Under the pieces are notes generated by a model. It was not told the DNA's origin. It made no database searches and worked only from the letters and a program-made list of their open reading frames with translations. Of a stretch of DNA of 64,000 nt, positions 33,701 to 48,700 are shown piece by piece; positions within the stretch are counted from its first letter, which is position 1; each line of letters starts with the position of its first letter. This stretch comes from Euprymna scolopes (taxonomy: Eukaryota). The position numbers and the translations under genes are program-made. The stretch is taken from NCBI GenBank assembly GCA_053919585.1, contig CM132794.1. The stretch is one strand, 5' to 3'.

Positions 33701-36700
33701 GGAGCACGTTTATTTCTAGTGTAATGTAGTCATCAAATAAATATGGTGTTGAATGATACTTTGTTCCTTCGCTACAAGATGGTACCATTTTTATGTATAA
33801 ACTATGTGTTTGAAAACATGGAGCACGTTTATTTCTAGTGTAATGTAGTCATCAAATAAATATGGTGTTGAATGATACTTTGTTCCTTCGCTACAAGATG
33901 GTACCATTTTTATGTATAAACTATGTGTTTGAAAACATGGAGCACGTTTATTTCTAGTGTAATGTAGTCATCTAATAAATATGGTGTTGAATGATACTTT
34001 GTTCCTTCGCGACAAGATGGTACTATTTTTATGTATAAACTATGTGTTTGAAAACATGGAGCACGTTTATTTCTAGTGTAATGTAGTCATCTAATAAATA
34101 TGGTGTTGAATGATACTTTGTTCCTTCGCGACAAGATGGTACTATTTTTATGTATAAACTATGTGTTTGAAAACATGGAGCACGTTTATTTCTAGTGTAA
34201 TGTAGTCATCAAATAAATATGGTGTTGAATGATACTTTGTTCCTTCGCTACAAGATGGTACCATTTTTATGTATAAACTATGTGTTTGAAAACATGGAGC
34301 ACGTTTATTTCTAGTGTAATGTAGTCATCTAATAAATATGGTGTTGAATGATACTTTGTTCCTTCGCGACAAGATGGTACTATTTTTATGTATAAACTAT
34401 GTGTTTGAAAACATGGAGCACGTTTATTTCTAGTGTAATGTAGTCATCTAATAAATATGGTGTTGAATGATACTTTGTTCCTTCGCGACAAGATGGTACT
34501 ATTTTTATGTATAAACTATGTGTTTGAAAACATGGAACACGTTTATTTCTAGTGTAATGTAGTCATCTAATAAATATGGTGTTGAATGATACTTTGTTTC
34601 TTTCGCGACAAGATGGTACTATTTTTATGTATAAACTATGTGTTTGAAAACATGGAGCACGTTTATTTCTAGTGTAATGTAGTCATCTAATAAATATGGT
34701 GTTGAATGATACTTTGTTCCTTCGCGACAAGATGGTACTATTTTTATGTATAAACTATGTGTTTGAAAACATGGAACACGTTTATTTCTAGTGTAATGTA
34801 GTCATCTAATAAATATGGTGTTGAATGATACTTTGTTTCTTTCGCGACAAGATGGTACTATTTTTATGTATAAACTATGTGTTTGAAAACATGGAGCACG
34901 TTTATTTCTAGTGTAATGTAGTCATCTAATAAATATGGTGTTGAATGATACTTTGTTCCTTCGCAACAAGATGGTACTATTTTTATGTATAAACTATGTG
35001 TTTGAAAACATGGAACACGTTTATTTCTAGTGTAATGTAGTCATCTAATAAATATGGTGTTGAATGATACTTTGTTTCTTTCGCGACAAGATGGTACTAT
35101 TTTTATGTATAAACTATGTGTTTGAAAACATGGAGCACGTTTATTTCTAGTGTAATGTAGTCATCTAATAAATATGGTGTTGAATGATACTTTGTTCCTT
35201 CGCGACAAGATGGTACTATTTTTATGTATAAACTATGTGTTTGAAAACATGGAACACGTTTATTTCTAGTGTAATGTAGTCATCAAATAAATATGGTGTT
35301 GAATGATACTTTGTTCCTTCGCTACAAGATGGTACTATTTTTATGTATAAACTATGTGTTTGAAAACATGGAGCACGTTTATTTCTAGTGTAATGTAGTC
35401 ATCAAATAAATATGGTGTTGAATGATACTTTGTTCCTTCGCGACAAGATGGTACTATTTTTATGTATAAACTATGTGTTTGAAAACATGGAGCACGTTTA
35501 TTTCTAGTGTAATGTAGTCATCTAATTAATATGGTGTTGAATGATACTTTGTTCCTTCGCGACAAGATGGTACTATTTTTATGTATAAACTATGTGTTTG
35601 AAAACATGGAACACGTTTATTTCTAGTGTAATGTAGTCATCTAATAAATATGGTGTTGAATGATACTTTGTTCCTTCGGGACAAGATGGTACTATTTTTA
35701 TGTATAAACTATGTGTTTGAAAACATGGAACACGTTTATTTCTAGTGTAATGTAGTCATCTAATAAATATGGTGTTGAATGATACTTTGTTCCTTCGCGA
35801 CAAGATGGTACTATTTTTATGTATAAACTATGTGTTTGAAAACATGGAACACGTTTATTTCTAGTGTAATGTAGTCATCTAATAAATATGGTGTTGAATG
35901 ATACTTTGTTCCTTCGCGACAAGATGGTACTATTTTTATGTATAAACTATGTGTTTGAAAACATGGAGCACGTTTATTTCTAGTGTAATGTAGTCATCTA
36001 ATAAATATGGTGTTGAATGATACTTTGTTCCTTCGCGACAAGATGGTACCATTTTTATGTATAAACTATGTGTTTGAAAACATGGAGCACGTTTATTTCT
36101 AGTGTAATGTAGTCATCTAATAAATATGGTGTTGAATGATACTTTGTTCCTTCGCTACAAGATGGTACCATTTTTATGTATAAACTATGTGTTTGAAAAC
36201 ATGGAGCACGTTTATTTCTAGTGTAATGTAGTCATCTAATAAATATGGTGTTGAATGATACTTTGTTCCTTCGCTACAAGATGGTACCATTTTTATGTAT
36301 AAACTATGTGTTTGAAAACATGGAGCACGTTTATTTCTAGTGTAATGTAGTCATCAAATAAATATGGTGTTGAATGATACTTTGTTCCTTCGCTACAAGA
36401 TGGTACCATTTTTATGTATAAACTATGTGTTTGAAAACATGGAGCACGTTTATTTCTAGTGTAATGTAGTCATCTAATAAATATGGTGTTGAATGATACT
36501 TTGTTCCTTCGCTACAAGATGGTACTATTTTTATGTATAAACTATGTGTTTGAAAACATGGAGCACGTTTATTTCTAGTGTAATGTAGTCATCTAATTAA
36601 TATATGGTGTTGAATGATACTTTGTTCCTTCGCGACAAGATGGTACTATTTTTATGTATAAACTATGTGTTTGAAAACATGGAGCACGTTTATTTCTAGT

Positions 36701-39700
36701 GTAATGTAGTCATCTAATTAATATGGTGTTGAATGATACTTTGTTCCTTCGCGACAAGATGGTACTATTTTTATGTATAAACTATGTGTTTGAAAACATG
36801 GAGCACGTTTATTTCTAGTGTAATGTAGTCATCTAATAAATATGGTGTTGAATGATACTTTGTTCCTTCGCGACAAGATGGTACTATTTTTATGTATAAA
36901 CTATGTGTTTGAAAACATGGAGCACGTTTATTTCTAGTGTAATGTAGTCATCAAATAAATATGGTGTTGAATGATACTTTGTTCCTTCGCGACAAGATGG
37001 TACTATTTTTATGTATAAACTATGTGTTTGAAAACATGGAACACGTTTATTTCTAGTGTAATGTAGTCATCAAATAAATATGGTGTTGAATGATACTTTG
37101 TTCCTTCGCGACAAGATGGTACTATTTTTATGTATAAACTATGTGTTTGAAAACATGGAACACGTTTATTTCTAGTGTAATGTAGTCATCTAATAAATAT
37201 GGTGTTGAATGATACTTTGTTCCTTCGCGACAAGATGGTACTATTTTTATGTATAAACTATGTGTTTGAAAACATGGAACACGTTTATTTCTAGTGTAAT
37301 GTAGTCATCTAATAAATATGGTGTTGAATGATACTTTGTTCCTTCGCGACAAGATGGTACTATTTTTATGTATAAACTATGTGTTTGAAAACATGGAACA
37401 CGTTTATTTCTAGTGTAATGTAGTCATCTAATAAATATGGTGTTGAATGATACTTTGTTCCTTCGCGACAAGATGGTACTATTTTTATGTATGAACTATG
37501 TGTTTGAAAACATGGAACACGTTTATTTCTAGTGTAATGTAGTCATCTAATAAATATGGTGTTGAATGATACTTTGTTCCTTCGCGACAAGATGGTACTA
37601 TTTTTTATGTATGAACTATGTGTTTGAAAACATGGAACACGTTTATTTCTAGTGTAATGTAGTCATCTAATAAATATGGTGTTGAATGATACTTTGTTCC
37701 TTCGCGACAAGATGGTACTATTTTTATGTATAAACTATGTGTTTGAAAACATGGAGCACGTTTATTTCTAGTGTAATGTAGTCATCAAATAAATATGGTG
37801 TTGAATGATACTTTGTTTCTTTCGCGACAAGATGGTACTATTTTTATGTATAAACTATGTGTTTGAAAACATGGAACACGTTTATTTCTAGTGTAATGTA
37901 GTCATCAAATAAATATGGTGTTGAATGATACTTTGTTTCTTTCGCGACAAGATGGTACTATTTTTATGTATAAACTATGTGTTTGAAAACATGGAGCACG
38001 TTTATTTCTAGTGTAATGTAGTCATCTAATAAATATGGTGTTGAATGATACTTTGTTCCTTCGCGACAAGATGGTACTATTTTTATGTATAAACTATGTG
38101 TTTGAAAACATGGAACACGTTTATTTCTAGTGTAATGTAGTCATCAAATAAATATGGTGTTGAATGATACTTTGTTTCTTTCGCGACAAGATGGTACTAT
38201 TTTTATGTATAAACTATGTGTTTGAAAACATGGAACACGTTTATTTCGAGTGTAATGTAGTCATCTAATAAATATGGTGTTGAATGATACTTTGTTCTTT
38301 CGCGACAAGATGGTACTATTTTTATGTATAAACTATGTGTTTGAAAACATGGAGCACGTTTATTTCTAGTGTAATGTAGTCATCAAATAAATATGGTGTT
38401 GAATGATACTTTGTTCCTTCGCGACAAGATGGTACTATTTTTATGTATAAACTATGTGTTTGAAAACATGGAACACGTTTATTTCTAGTGTAATGTAGTC
38501 ATCAAATAAATATGGTGTTGAATGATACTTTGTTCCTTCGCGACAAGATGGTACTATTTTTATGTATGAACTATGTGTTTGAAAACATGGAGCACGTTTA
38601 TTTCTAGTGTAATGTAGTCATCTAATAAATACGGTGTTGAATGATACTTTGTTCCTTCGCGACAAGATGGTACTATTTTTATGTATGAACTATGTGTTTG
38701 AAAACATGGAACACGTTTATTTCTAGTGTAATGTAGTCATCTAAATAAATATGGTGTTGAATGATACTTTGTTCCTTCGCGACAAGATGGTACTATTTTT
38801 ATGTATAAACTATGTGTTTGAAAACATGGAACACGTTTATTTCTAGTGTAATGTAGTCATCTAATAAATATGGTGTTGAATGATACTTTGTTCCTTCGCG
38901 ACAAGATGGTACTATTTTTATGTATAAACTATGTGTTTGAAAACATGGAGCACGTTTATTTCTAGTGTAATGTAGTCATCAAATAAATATGGTGTTGAAT
39001 GATACTTTGTTTCTTTCGCGACAAGATGGTACTATTTTTATGTATAAACTATGTGTTTGAAAACATGGAGCACGTTTATTTCTAGTGTAATGTAGTCATC
39101 TAATTAATATGGTGTTGAATGATACTTTGTTCCTTCGCGACAAGATGGTACTATTTTTATGTATAAACTATGTGTTTGAAAACATGGAGCACGTTTATTT
39201 CTAGTGTAATGTAGTCATCTAATTAATATGGTGTTGAATGATACTTTGTTCCTTCGCGACAAGATGGTACTATTTTTATGTATAAACTATGTGTTTGAAA
39301 ACATGGAGCACGTTTATTTCTAGTGTAATGTAGTCATCTAATAAATATGGTGTTGAATGATACTTTGTTCCTTCGCGACAAGATGGTACTATTTTTATGT
39401 ATGAACTATGTGTTTGAAAACATGGAACACGTTTATTTCTAGTGTAATGTAGTCATCTAATAAATATGGTGTTGAATGATACTTTGTTCCTTCGCGACAA
39501 GATGGTACTATTTTTATGTATAAACTATGTGTTTGAAAACATGGAACACGTTTATTTCTAGTGTAATGTAGTCATCTAATAAATATGGTGTTGAATGATA
39601 CTTTGTTCCTTCGCGACAAGATGGTACTATTTTTATGTATAAACTATGTGTTTGAAAACATGGAGCACGTTTATTTCTAGTGTAATGTAGTCATCAAATA

Positions 39701-42700
39701 AATATGGTGTTGAATGATACTTTGTTTCTTTCGCGACAAGATGGTACTATTTTTATGTATAAACTATGTGTTTGAAAACATGGAGCACGTTTATTTCTAG
39801 TGTAATGTAGTCATCTAATTAATATGGTGTTGAATGATACTTTGTTCCTTCGCGACAAGATGGTACTATTTTTATGTATAAACTATGTGTTTGAAAACAT
39901 GGAGCACGTTTATTTCTAGTGTAATGTAGTCATCTAATAAATATGGTGTTGAATGATACTTTGTTCCTTCGCGACAAGATGGTACTATTTTTATGTATAA
40001 ACTATGTGTTTGAAAACATGGAGCACGTTTATTTCTAGTGTAATGTAGTCATCTAAATAAATATGGTGTTGAATGATACTTTGTTTCCTTTCGCGACAAG
40101 ATGGTACTATTTTTATGTATAAACTATGTGTTTGAAAACATGGAGCACGTTTATTTCTAGTGTAATGTAGTCATCTAATTTAATATGGTGTTGAATGATA
40201 CTTTGTTTCTTTCGCGACAAGATGGTACTATTTTTATGTATAAACTATGTGTTTGAAAACATGGAGCACGTTTATTTCTAGTGTAATGTAGTCATCTAAT
40301 AAATATGGTGTTGAATGATACTTTGTTTCTTCGCGACAAGATGGTACTATTTTTATGTATAAACTATGTGTTTGAAAACATGGAGCACGTTTATTTCTAG
40401 TGTAATGTAGTCATCTAATAAATATGGTGTTGAATGATACTTTGTTTCTTTCGCGACAAGATGGGTACTATTTTTATGTATAAACTATGTGTTTGAAAAC
40501 ATGGAGCACGTTTATTTCTAGTGTAATGTAGTCATCTAATTAATATGGTGTTGAATGATACTTTGTTCCTTTCGCGACAAGATGGTACTATTTTTATGTA
40601 TAAACTATGTGTTTGAAAACATGGAGCACGTTTATTTCTAGTGTAATGTAGTCATCTAATAAATATGGTGTTGAATGATACTTTGTTTCTTTCGCGACAA
40701 GATGGTACTATTTTTATGTATAAACTATGTGTTTGAAAACATGGAGCACGTTTATTTCTAGTGTAATGTAGTCATCTAATAAATATGGTGTTGAATGATA
40801 CTTTGTTCTTTCGCGACAAGATGGTACTATTTTTATGTATAAACTATGTGTTTGAAAACATGGAGCACGTTTATTTCTAGTGTAATGTAGTCATCAAATA
40901 AATATGGTGTTGAATGATACTTTGTTCCTTCGCGACAAGATGGTACTATTTTTATGTATAAACTATGTGTTTGAAAACATGGAACACGTTTATTTCTAGT
41001 GTAATGTAGTCATCAAATAAATATGGTGTTGAATGATACTTTGTTCCTTCGCGACAAGATGGTACTATTTTTATGTATGAACTATGTGTTTGAAAACATG
41101 GAGCACGTTTATTTCTAGTGTAATGTAGTCATCTAATAAATATGGTGTTGAATGATACTTTGTTCCTTCGCGACAAGATGGTACTATTTTTATGTATGAA
41201 CTATGTGTTTGAAAACATGGAACACGTTTATTTCTAGTGTAATGTAGTCATCTAATAAATATGGTGTTGAATGATACTTTGTTCCTTCGCGACAAGATGG
41301 TACTATTTTTATGTATGAACTATGTGTTTGAAAACATGGAACACGTTTATTTCTAGTGTAATGTAGTCATCTAATAAATATGGTGTTGAATGATACTTTG
41401 TTCCTTCGCGACAAGATGGTACTATTTTTATGTATGAACTATGTGTTTGAAAACATGGAACACGTTTATTTCTAGTGTAATGTAGTCATCAAATAAATAT
41501 GGTGTTGAATGATACTTTGTTCCTTCGCGACAAGATGGTACTATTTTTATGTATAAACTATGTGTTTGAAAACATGGAGCACGTTTATTTCTAGTGTAAT
41601 GTAGTCATCTAATAAATATGGTGTTGAATGATACTTTGTTCCTTCGCGACAAGATGGTACTATTTTTATGTATAAACTATGTGTTTGAAAACATGGACAC
41701 GTTTAGTTCTAGTGTAATGTAGTCATCTAATAAATATGGTGTTGAATGATACTTTGTTCCTTCGCGACAAGATGGTACTATTTTTATGTATAAACTATGT
41801 GTTGAAAACATGGAGCACGTTTATTTCTAGTGTAATGTAGTCATCTAATAAATATGGTGTTGAATGATACTTTGTTCCTTCGCGACAAGATGGTACTATT
41901 TTTATGTATAAACTATGTGTTTGAAAACATGGAGCACGTTTATTTCTAGTGTAATGTAGTCATCTAATAAATATGGTGTTGAATGATACTTTGTTCCTTC
42001 GCGACAAGATGGTACTATTTTTATGTATAAACTATGTGTTTGAAAACATGGAGCACGTTTATTTCTAGTGTAATGTAGTCATCTAATAAATATGGTGTTG
42101 AATGATACTTTGTTCCTTCGCGACAAGATGGTACTATTTTTATGTATAAACTATGTGTTTGAAAACATGGAGCACGTTTATTTCTAGTGTAATGTAGTCA
42201 TCTAATAAATATGGTGTTGAATGATACTTTGTTCCTTCGCGACAAGATGGTACTATTTTTATGTATAAACTATGTGTTTGAAAACATGGAACACGTTTAT
42301 TTCTAGTGTAATGTAGTCATCTAATAAATATGGTGTTGAATGATACTTTGTTCCTTCGCGACAAGATGGTACTATTTTTATGTATAAACTATGTGTTTGA
42401 AAACATGGAGCACGTTTATTTCTAGTGTAATGTAGTCATCTAATAAATATGGTGTTGAATGATACTTTGTTCCTTCGCGACAAGATGGTACTATTTTTAT
42501 GTATAAACTATGTGTTTGAAAACATGGAACACGTTTATTTCTAGTGTAATGTAGTCATCTAATAAATATGGTGTTGAATGATACTTTGTTCCTTCGCGAC
42601 AAGATGGTACTATTTTTATGTATAAACTATGTGTTTGAAAACATGGAGCACGTTTATTTCTAGTGTAATGTAGTCATCTAATAAATATGGTGTTGAATGA

Positions 42701-45700
42701 TACTTTGTTCCTTCGCGACAAGATGGTACTATTTTTATGTATAAACTATGTGTTTGAAAACATGGAACACGTTTATTTCTAGTGTAATGTAGTCATCAAA
42801 TAAATATGGTGTTGAATGATACTTTGTTCCTTCGCGACAAGATGGTACTATTTTTATGTATAAACTATGTGTTTGAAAACATGGAGCACGTTTATTTCTA
42901 GTGTAATGTAGTCATCTAATAAATATGGTGTTGAATGATACTTTGTTCCTTCGCGACAAGATGGTACTATTTTTATGTATAAACTATGTGTTTGAAAACA
43001 TGGAAGCACGTTTATTTCTAGTGTAATGTAGTCATCAAATAAATATGGTGTTGAATGATACTTTGTTCCTTCGCGACAAGATGGTACTATTTTTATGTAT
43101 AAACTATGTGTTTGAAAACATGGAACACGTTTATTTCTAGTGTAATGTATTCATCAAATAAATATGGTGTTGAATGATACTTTGTTCCTTCGCGACAAGA
43201 TGGTACTATTTTTATGTATAAACTATGTGTTTGAAAACATGGAGCACGTTTATTTCTAGTGTAATGTAGTCATCAAATAAATATGGTGTTGAATGATACT
43301 TTGTTCCTTCGCGACAAGATGGTACTATTTTTATGTATAAACTATGTGTTTGAAAACATGGAACACGTTTATTTCTAGTGTAATGTATTCATCAAATAAA
43401 TATGGTGTTGAATGATACTTTGTTCCTTCGCGACAAGATGGTACTATTTTTATGTATAAACTATGTGTTTGAAAACATGGAACACGTTTATTTCTAGTGT
43501 AATGTAGTCATCTAATAAATATGGTGTTGAATGATACTTTGTTCCTTCGCGACAAGATGGTACTATTTTTATGTATAAACTATGTGTTTGAAAACATGGA
43601 GCACGTTTATTTCTAGTGTAATGTAGTCATCTAATAAATATGGTGTTGAATGATACTTTGTTCCTTCGCGACAAGATGGTACTATTTTTATGTATAAACT
43701 ATGTGTTTGAAAACATGGAACACGTTTATTTCTAGTGTAATGTAGTCATCTAATAAATATGGTGTTGAATGATACTTTGTTCCTTCGCGACAAGATGGTA
43801 CTATTTTTATGTATGAACTATGTGTTTGAAAACATGGAACACGTTTATTTCTAGTGTAATGTAGTCATCAAATAAATATGGTGTTGAATGATACTTTGTT
43901 CCTTCGCGACAAGATGGTACTATTTTTATGTATAAACTATGTGTTTGAAAACATGGAGCACGTTTATTTCTAGTGTAATGTAGTCATCAAATAAATATGG
44001 TGTTGAATGATACTTTGTTCCTTCGCGACAAGATGGTACTATTTTTATGTATAAACTATGTGTTTGAAAACATGGAACACGTTTATTTCTAGTGTAATGT
44101 AGTCATCTAATAAATATGGTGTTGAATGATACTTTGTTCCTTCGCGACAAGATGGTACTATTTTTATGTATAAACTATGTGTTTGAAAACATGGAGCACG
44201 TTTATTTCTAGTGTAATGTAGTCATCTAATAAATATGGTGTTGAATGATACTTTGTTCCTTCGCGACAAGATGGTACTATTTTTATGTATGAACTATGTG
44301 TTTGAAAACATGGAACACGTTTATTTCTAGTGTAATGTAGTCATCAAATAAATATGGTGTTGAATGATACTTTGTTCCTTCGCGACAAGATAGTACTATT
44401 TTTATGTATGAACTATGTGTTTGAAAACATGGAACACGTTTATTTCTAGTGTAATGTAGTCATCAAATAAATATGGTGTTGAATGATACTTTGTTCCTTC
44501 GCGACAAGATGGTACTATTTTTATGTATAAACTATGTGTTTGAAAACATGGAGCACGTTTATTTCTAGTGTAATGTAGTCATCAAATAAATATGGTGTTG
44601 AATGATACTTTGTTCCTTCGCGACAAGATGGTACTATTTTTATGTATAAACTATGTGTTTGAAAACATGGAACACGTTTATTTCTAGTGTAATGTAGTCA
44701 TCTAATAAATATGGTGTTGAATGATACTTTGTTCCTTCGCGACAAGATGGTACTATTTTTATGTATAAACTATGTGTTTTAAAACATGGAACACGTTTAT
44801 TTCTAGTGTAATGTAGTCATCTAATAAATATGGTGTTGAATGATACTTTGTTCCTTCGCGACAAGATGGTACTATTTTTATGTATAAACTATGTGTTTTA
44901 AAACATGGAAGCACGTTTATTTCTAGTGTAATGTAGTCATCTAATAAATATGGTGTTGAATGATACTTTGTTCCTTCGCGACAAGATGGTACTATTTTTA
45001 TGTATAAACTATGTGTTTGAAAACATGGAACACGTTTATTTCTAGTGTAATGTAGTCATCAAATAAATATGGTGTTGAATGATAATTTGTTCCTTCGCGA
45101 CAAGATGGTACTATTTTTATGTATAAACTATGTGTTTGAAAACATGGAGCACGTTTATTTCTAGTGTAATGTAGTCATCAAATAAATATGGTGTTGAATG
45201 ATACTTTGTTCCTTCGCGACAAGATGGTACTATTTTTATGTATAAACTATGTGTTTGAAAACATGGAACACGTTTATTTCTAGTGTAATGTAGTCATCTA
45301 ATAAATATGGTGTTGAATGATACTTTGTTCCTTCGCGACAAGATGGTACTATTTTTATGTATAAACTATGTGTTTGAAAACATGGAACACGTTTATTTCT
45401 AGTGTAATGTAGTCATCTAATAAATATGGTGTTGAATGATACTTTGTTCCTTCGCGACAAGATGGTACTATTTTTATGTATAAACTATGTGTTTTAAAAC
45501 ATGGAGCACGTTTATTTCTAGTGTAATGTAGTCATCTAATAAATATGGTGTTGAATGATACTTTGTTCCTTCGCGACAAGATGGTACTATTTTTATGTAT
45601 AAACTATGTGTTTGAAAACATGGAACACGTTTATTTCTAGTGTAATGTAGTCATCAAATAAATATGGTGTTGAATGATACTTTGTTCCTTCGCGACAAGA

Positions 45701-48700
45701 TGGTACTATTTTTATGTATAAACTATGTGTTTGAAAACATGGAACACGTTTATTTCTAGTGTAATGTAGTCATCTAATAAATATGGTGTTGAATGATACT
45801 TTGTTCCTTCGCGACAAGATGGTACTATTTTTATGTATAAACTATGTGTTTGAAAACATGGAGCACGTTTATTTCTAGTGTAATGTAGTCATCTAATAAA
45901 TATGGTGTTGAATGATACTTTGTTCCTTCGCGACAAGATGGTACTATTTTTATGTATAAACTATGTGTTTGAAAACATGGAACACGTTTATTTCTAGTGT
46001 AATGTAGTCATCTAATAAATATGGTGTTGAATGATACTTTGTTCCTTCGCGACAAGATGGTACTATTTTTATGTATAAACTATGTGTTTGAAAACATGGA
46101 GCACGTTTATTTCTAGTGTAATGTAGTCATCTAATAAATATGGTGTTGAATGATACTTTGTTCCTTCGCGACAAGATGGTACTATTTTTATGTATAAACT
46201 ATGTGTTTGAAAACATGGAGCACGTTTATTTCTAGTGTAATGTAGTCATCAAATAAATATGGTGTTGAATGATACTTTGTTCCTTCGCGACAAGATGGTA
46301 CTATTTTTATGTATAAACTATGTGTTTGAAAACATGGAACACGTTTATTTCTAGTGTAATGTATTCATCAAATAAATATGGTGTTGAATGATACTTTGTT
46401 CCTTCGCGACAAGATGGTACTATTTTTATGTATAAACTATGTGTTTGAAAACATGGAGCACGTTTATTTCTAGTGTAATGTAGTCATCAAATAAATATGG
46501 TGTTGAATGATACTTTGTTCCTTCGCGACAAGATGGTACTATTTTTATGTATAAACTATGTGTTTGAAAACATGGAGCACGTTTATTTCTAGTGTAATGT
46601 AGTCATCTAATAAATATGGTGTTGAATGATACTTTGTTCCTTCGCGACAAGATGGTACTATTTTTATGTATAAACTATGTGTTTGAAAACATGGAACACG
46701 TTTATTTCTAGTGTAATGTATTCATCAAATAAATATGGTGTTGAATGATACTTTGTTCCTTCGCGACAAGATGGTACTATTTTTATGTATAAACTATGTG
46801 TTTGAAAACATGGAGCACGTTTATTTCTAGTGTAATGTATTCATCAAATAAATATGGTGTTGAATGATACTTTGTTCCTTCGCGACAAGATGGTACTATT
46901 TTTATGTATAAACTATGTGTTTGAAAACATGGAACACGTTTATTTCTAGTGTAATGTAGTCATCTAATAAATATGGTGTTGAATGATACTTTGTTCCTTC
47001 GCGACAAGATGGTACTATTTTTATGTATAAACTATGTGTTTGAAAACATGGAGCACGTTTATTTCTAGTGTAATGTAGTCATCTAATAAATATGGTGTTG
47101 AATGATACTTTGTTCCTTCGCGACAAGATGGTACTATTTTTATGTATAAACTATGTGTTTGAAAACATGGAACACGTTTATTTCTAGTGTAATGTATTCA
47201 TCAAATAAATATGGTGTTGAATGATACTTTGTTCCTTCGCGACAAGATGGTACTATTTTTATGTATAAACTATGTGTTTGAAAACATGGAGCACGTTTAT
47301 TTCTAGTGTAATGTAGTCATCAAATAAATATGGTGTTGAATGATACTTTGTTCCTTCGCGACAAGATGGTACTATTTTTATGTATAAACTATGTGTTTGA
47401 AAACATGGAGCACGTTTATTTCTAGTGTAATGTATTCATCAAATAAATATGGTGTTGAATGATACTTTGTTCCTTCGCGACAAGATGGTACTATTTTTAT
47501 GTATAAACTATGTGTTTAAAAACATGGAGCACGTTTATTTCTAGTGTAATGTAGTCATCAAATAAATATGGTGTTGAATGATACTTTGTTCCTTCGCGAC
47601 AAGATGGTACTATTTTTATGTATAAACTATGTGTTTGAAAACATGGAGCACGTTTATTTCTAGTGTAATGTAGTCATCTAATAAATATGGTGTTGAATGA
47701 TACTTTGTTCCTTCGCGACAAGATGGTACTATTTTTATGTATAAACTATGTGTTTGAAAACATGGAACACGTTTATTTCTAGTGTAATGTATTCATCAAA
47801 TAAATATGGTGTTGAATGATACTTTGTTCCTTCGCGACAAGATGGTACTATTTTTATGTATAAACTATGTGTTTGAAAACATGGAGCACGTTTATTTCTA
47901 GTGTAATGTAGTCATCAAATAAATATGGTGTTGAATGATACTTTGTTCCTTCGCGACAAGATGGTACTATTTTTATGTATAAACTATGTGTTTGAAAACA
48001 TGGAGCACGTTTATTTCTAGTGTAATGTAGTCATCTAATAAATATGGTGTTGAATGATACTTTGTTCCTTCGCGACAAGATGGTACTATTTTTATGTATA
48101 AACTATGTGTTTGAAAACATGGAACACGTTTATTTCTAGTGTAATGTATTCATCAAATAAATATGGTGTTGAATGATACTTTGTTCCTTCGCGACAAGAT
48201 GGTACTATTTTTATGTATAAACTATGTGTTTGAAAACATGGAGCACGTTTATTTCTAGTGTAATGTAGTCATCTAATAAATATGGTGTTGAATGATACTT
48301 TGTTCCTTCGCGACAAGATGGTACTATTTTTATGTATAAACTATGTGTTTGAAAACATGGAACACGTTTATTTCTAGTGTAATGTATTCATCAAATAAAT
48401 ATGGTGTTGAATGATACTTTGTTCCTTCGCGACAAGATGGTACTATTTTTATGTATAAACTATGTGTTTGAAAACATGGAACACGTTTATTTCTAGTGTA
48501 ATGTATTCATCAAATAAATATGGTGTTGAATGATACTTTGTTCCTTCGCGACAAGATGGTACTATTTTTATGTATAAACTATGTGTTTGAAAACATGGAA
48601 CACGTTTATTTCTAGTGTAATGTAGTCATCTAATAAATATGGTGTTGAATGATACTTTGTTCCTTCGCGACAAGATGGTACTATTTTTATGTATAAACTA

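Noticed and set aside
40050-40580. Cluster of novel indel monomers (TCTAAATAA, TTTCCTTTCGC, ATGGGTAC)
   Set aside because: Several look like hybrids of two common variants, typical of consensus errors from collapsed reads; not trusted as biology.
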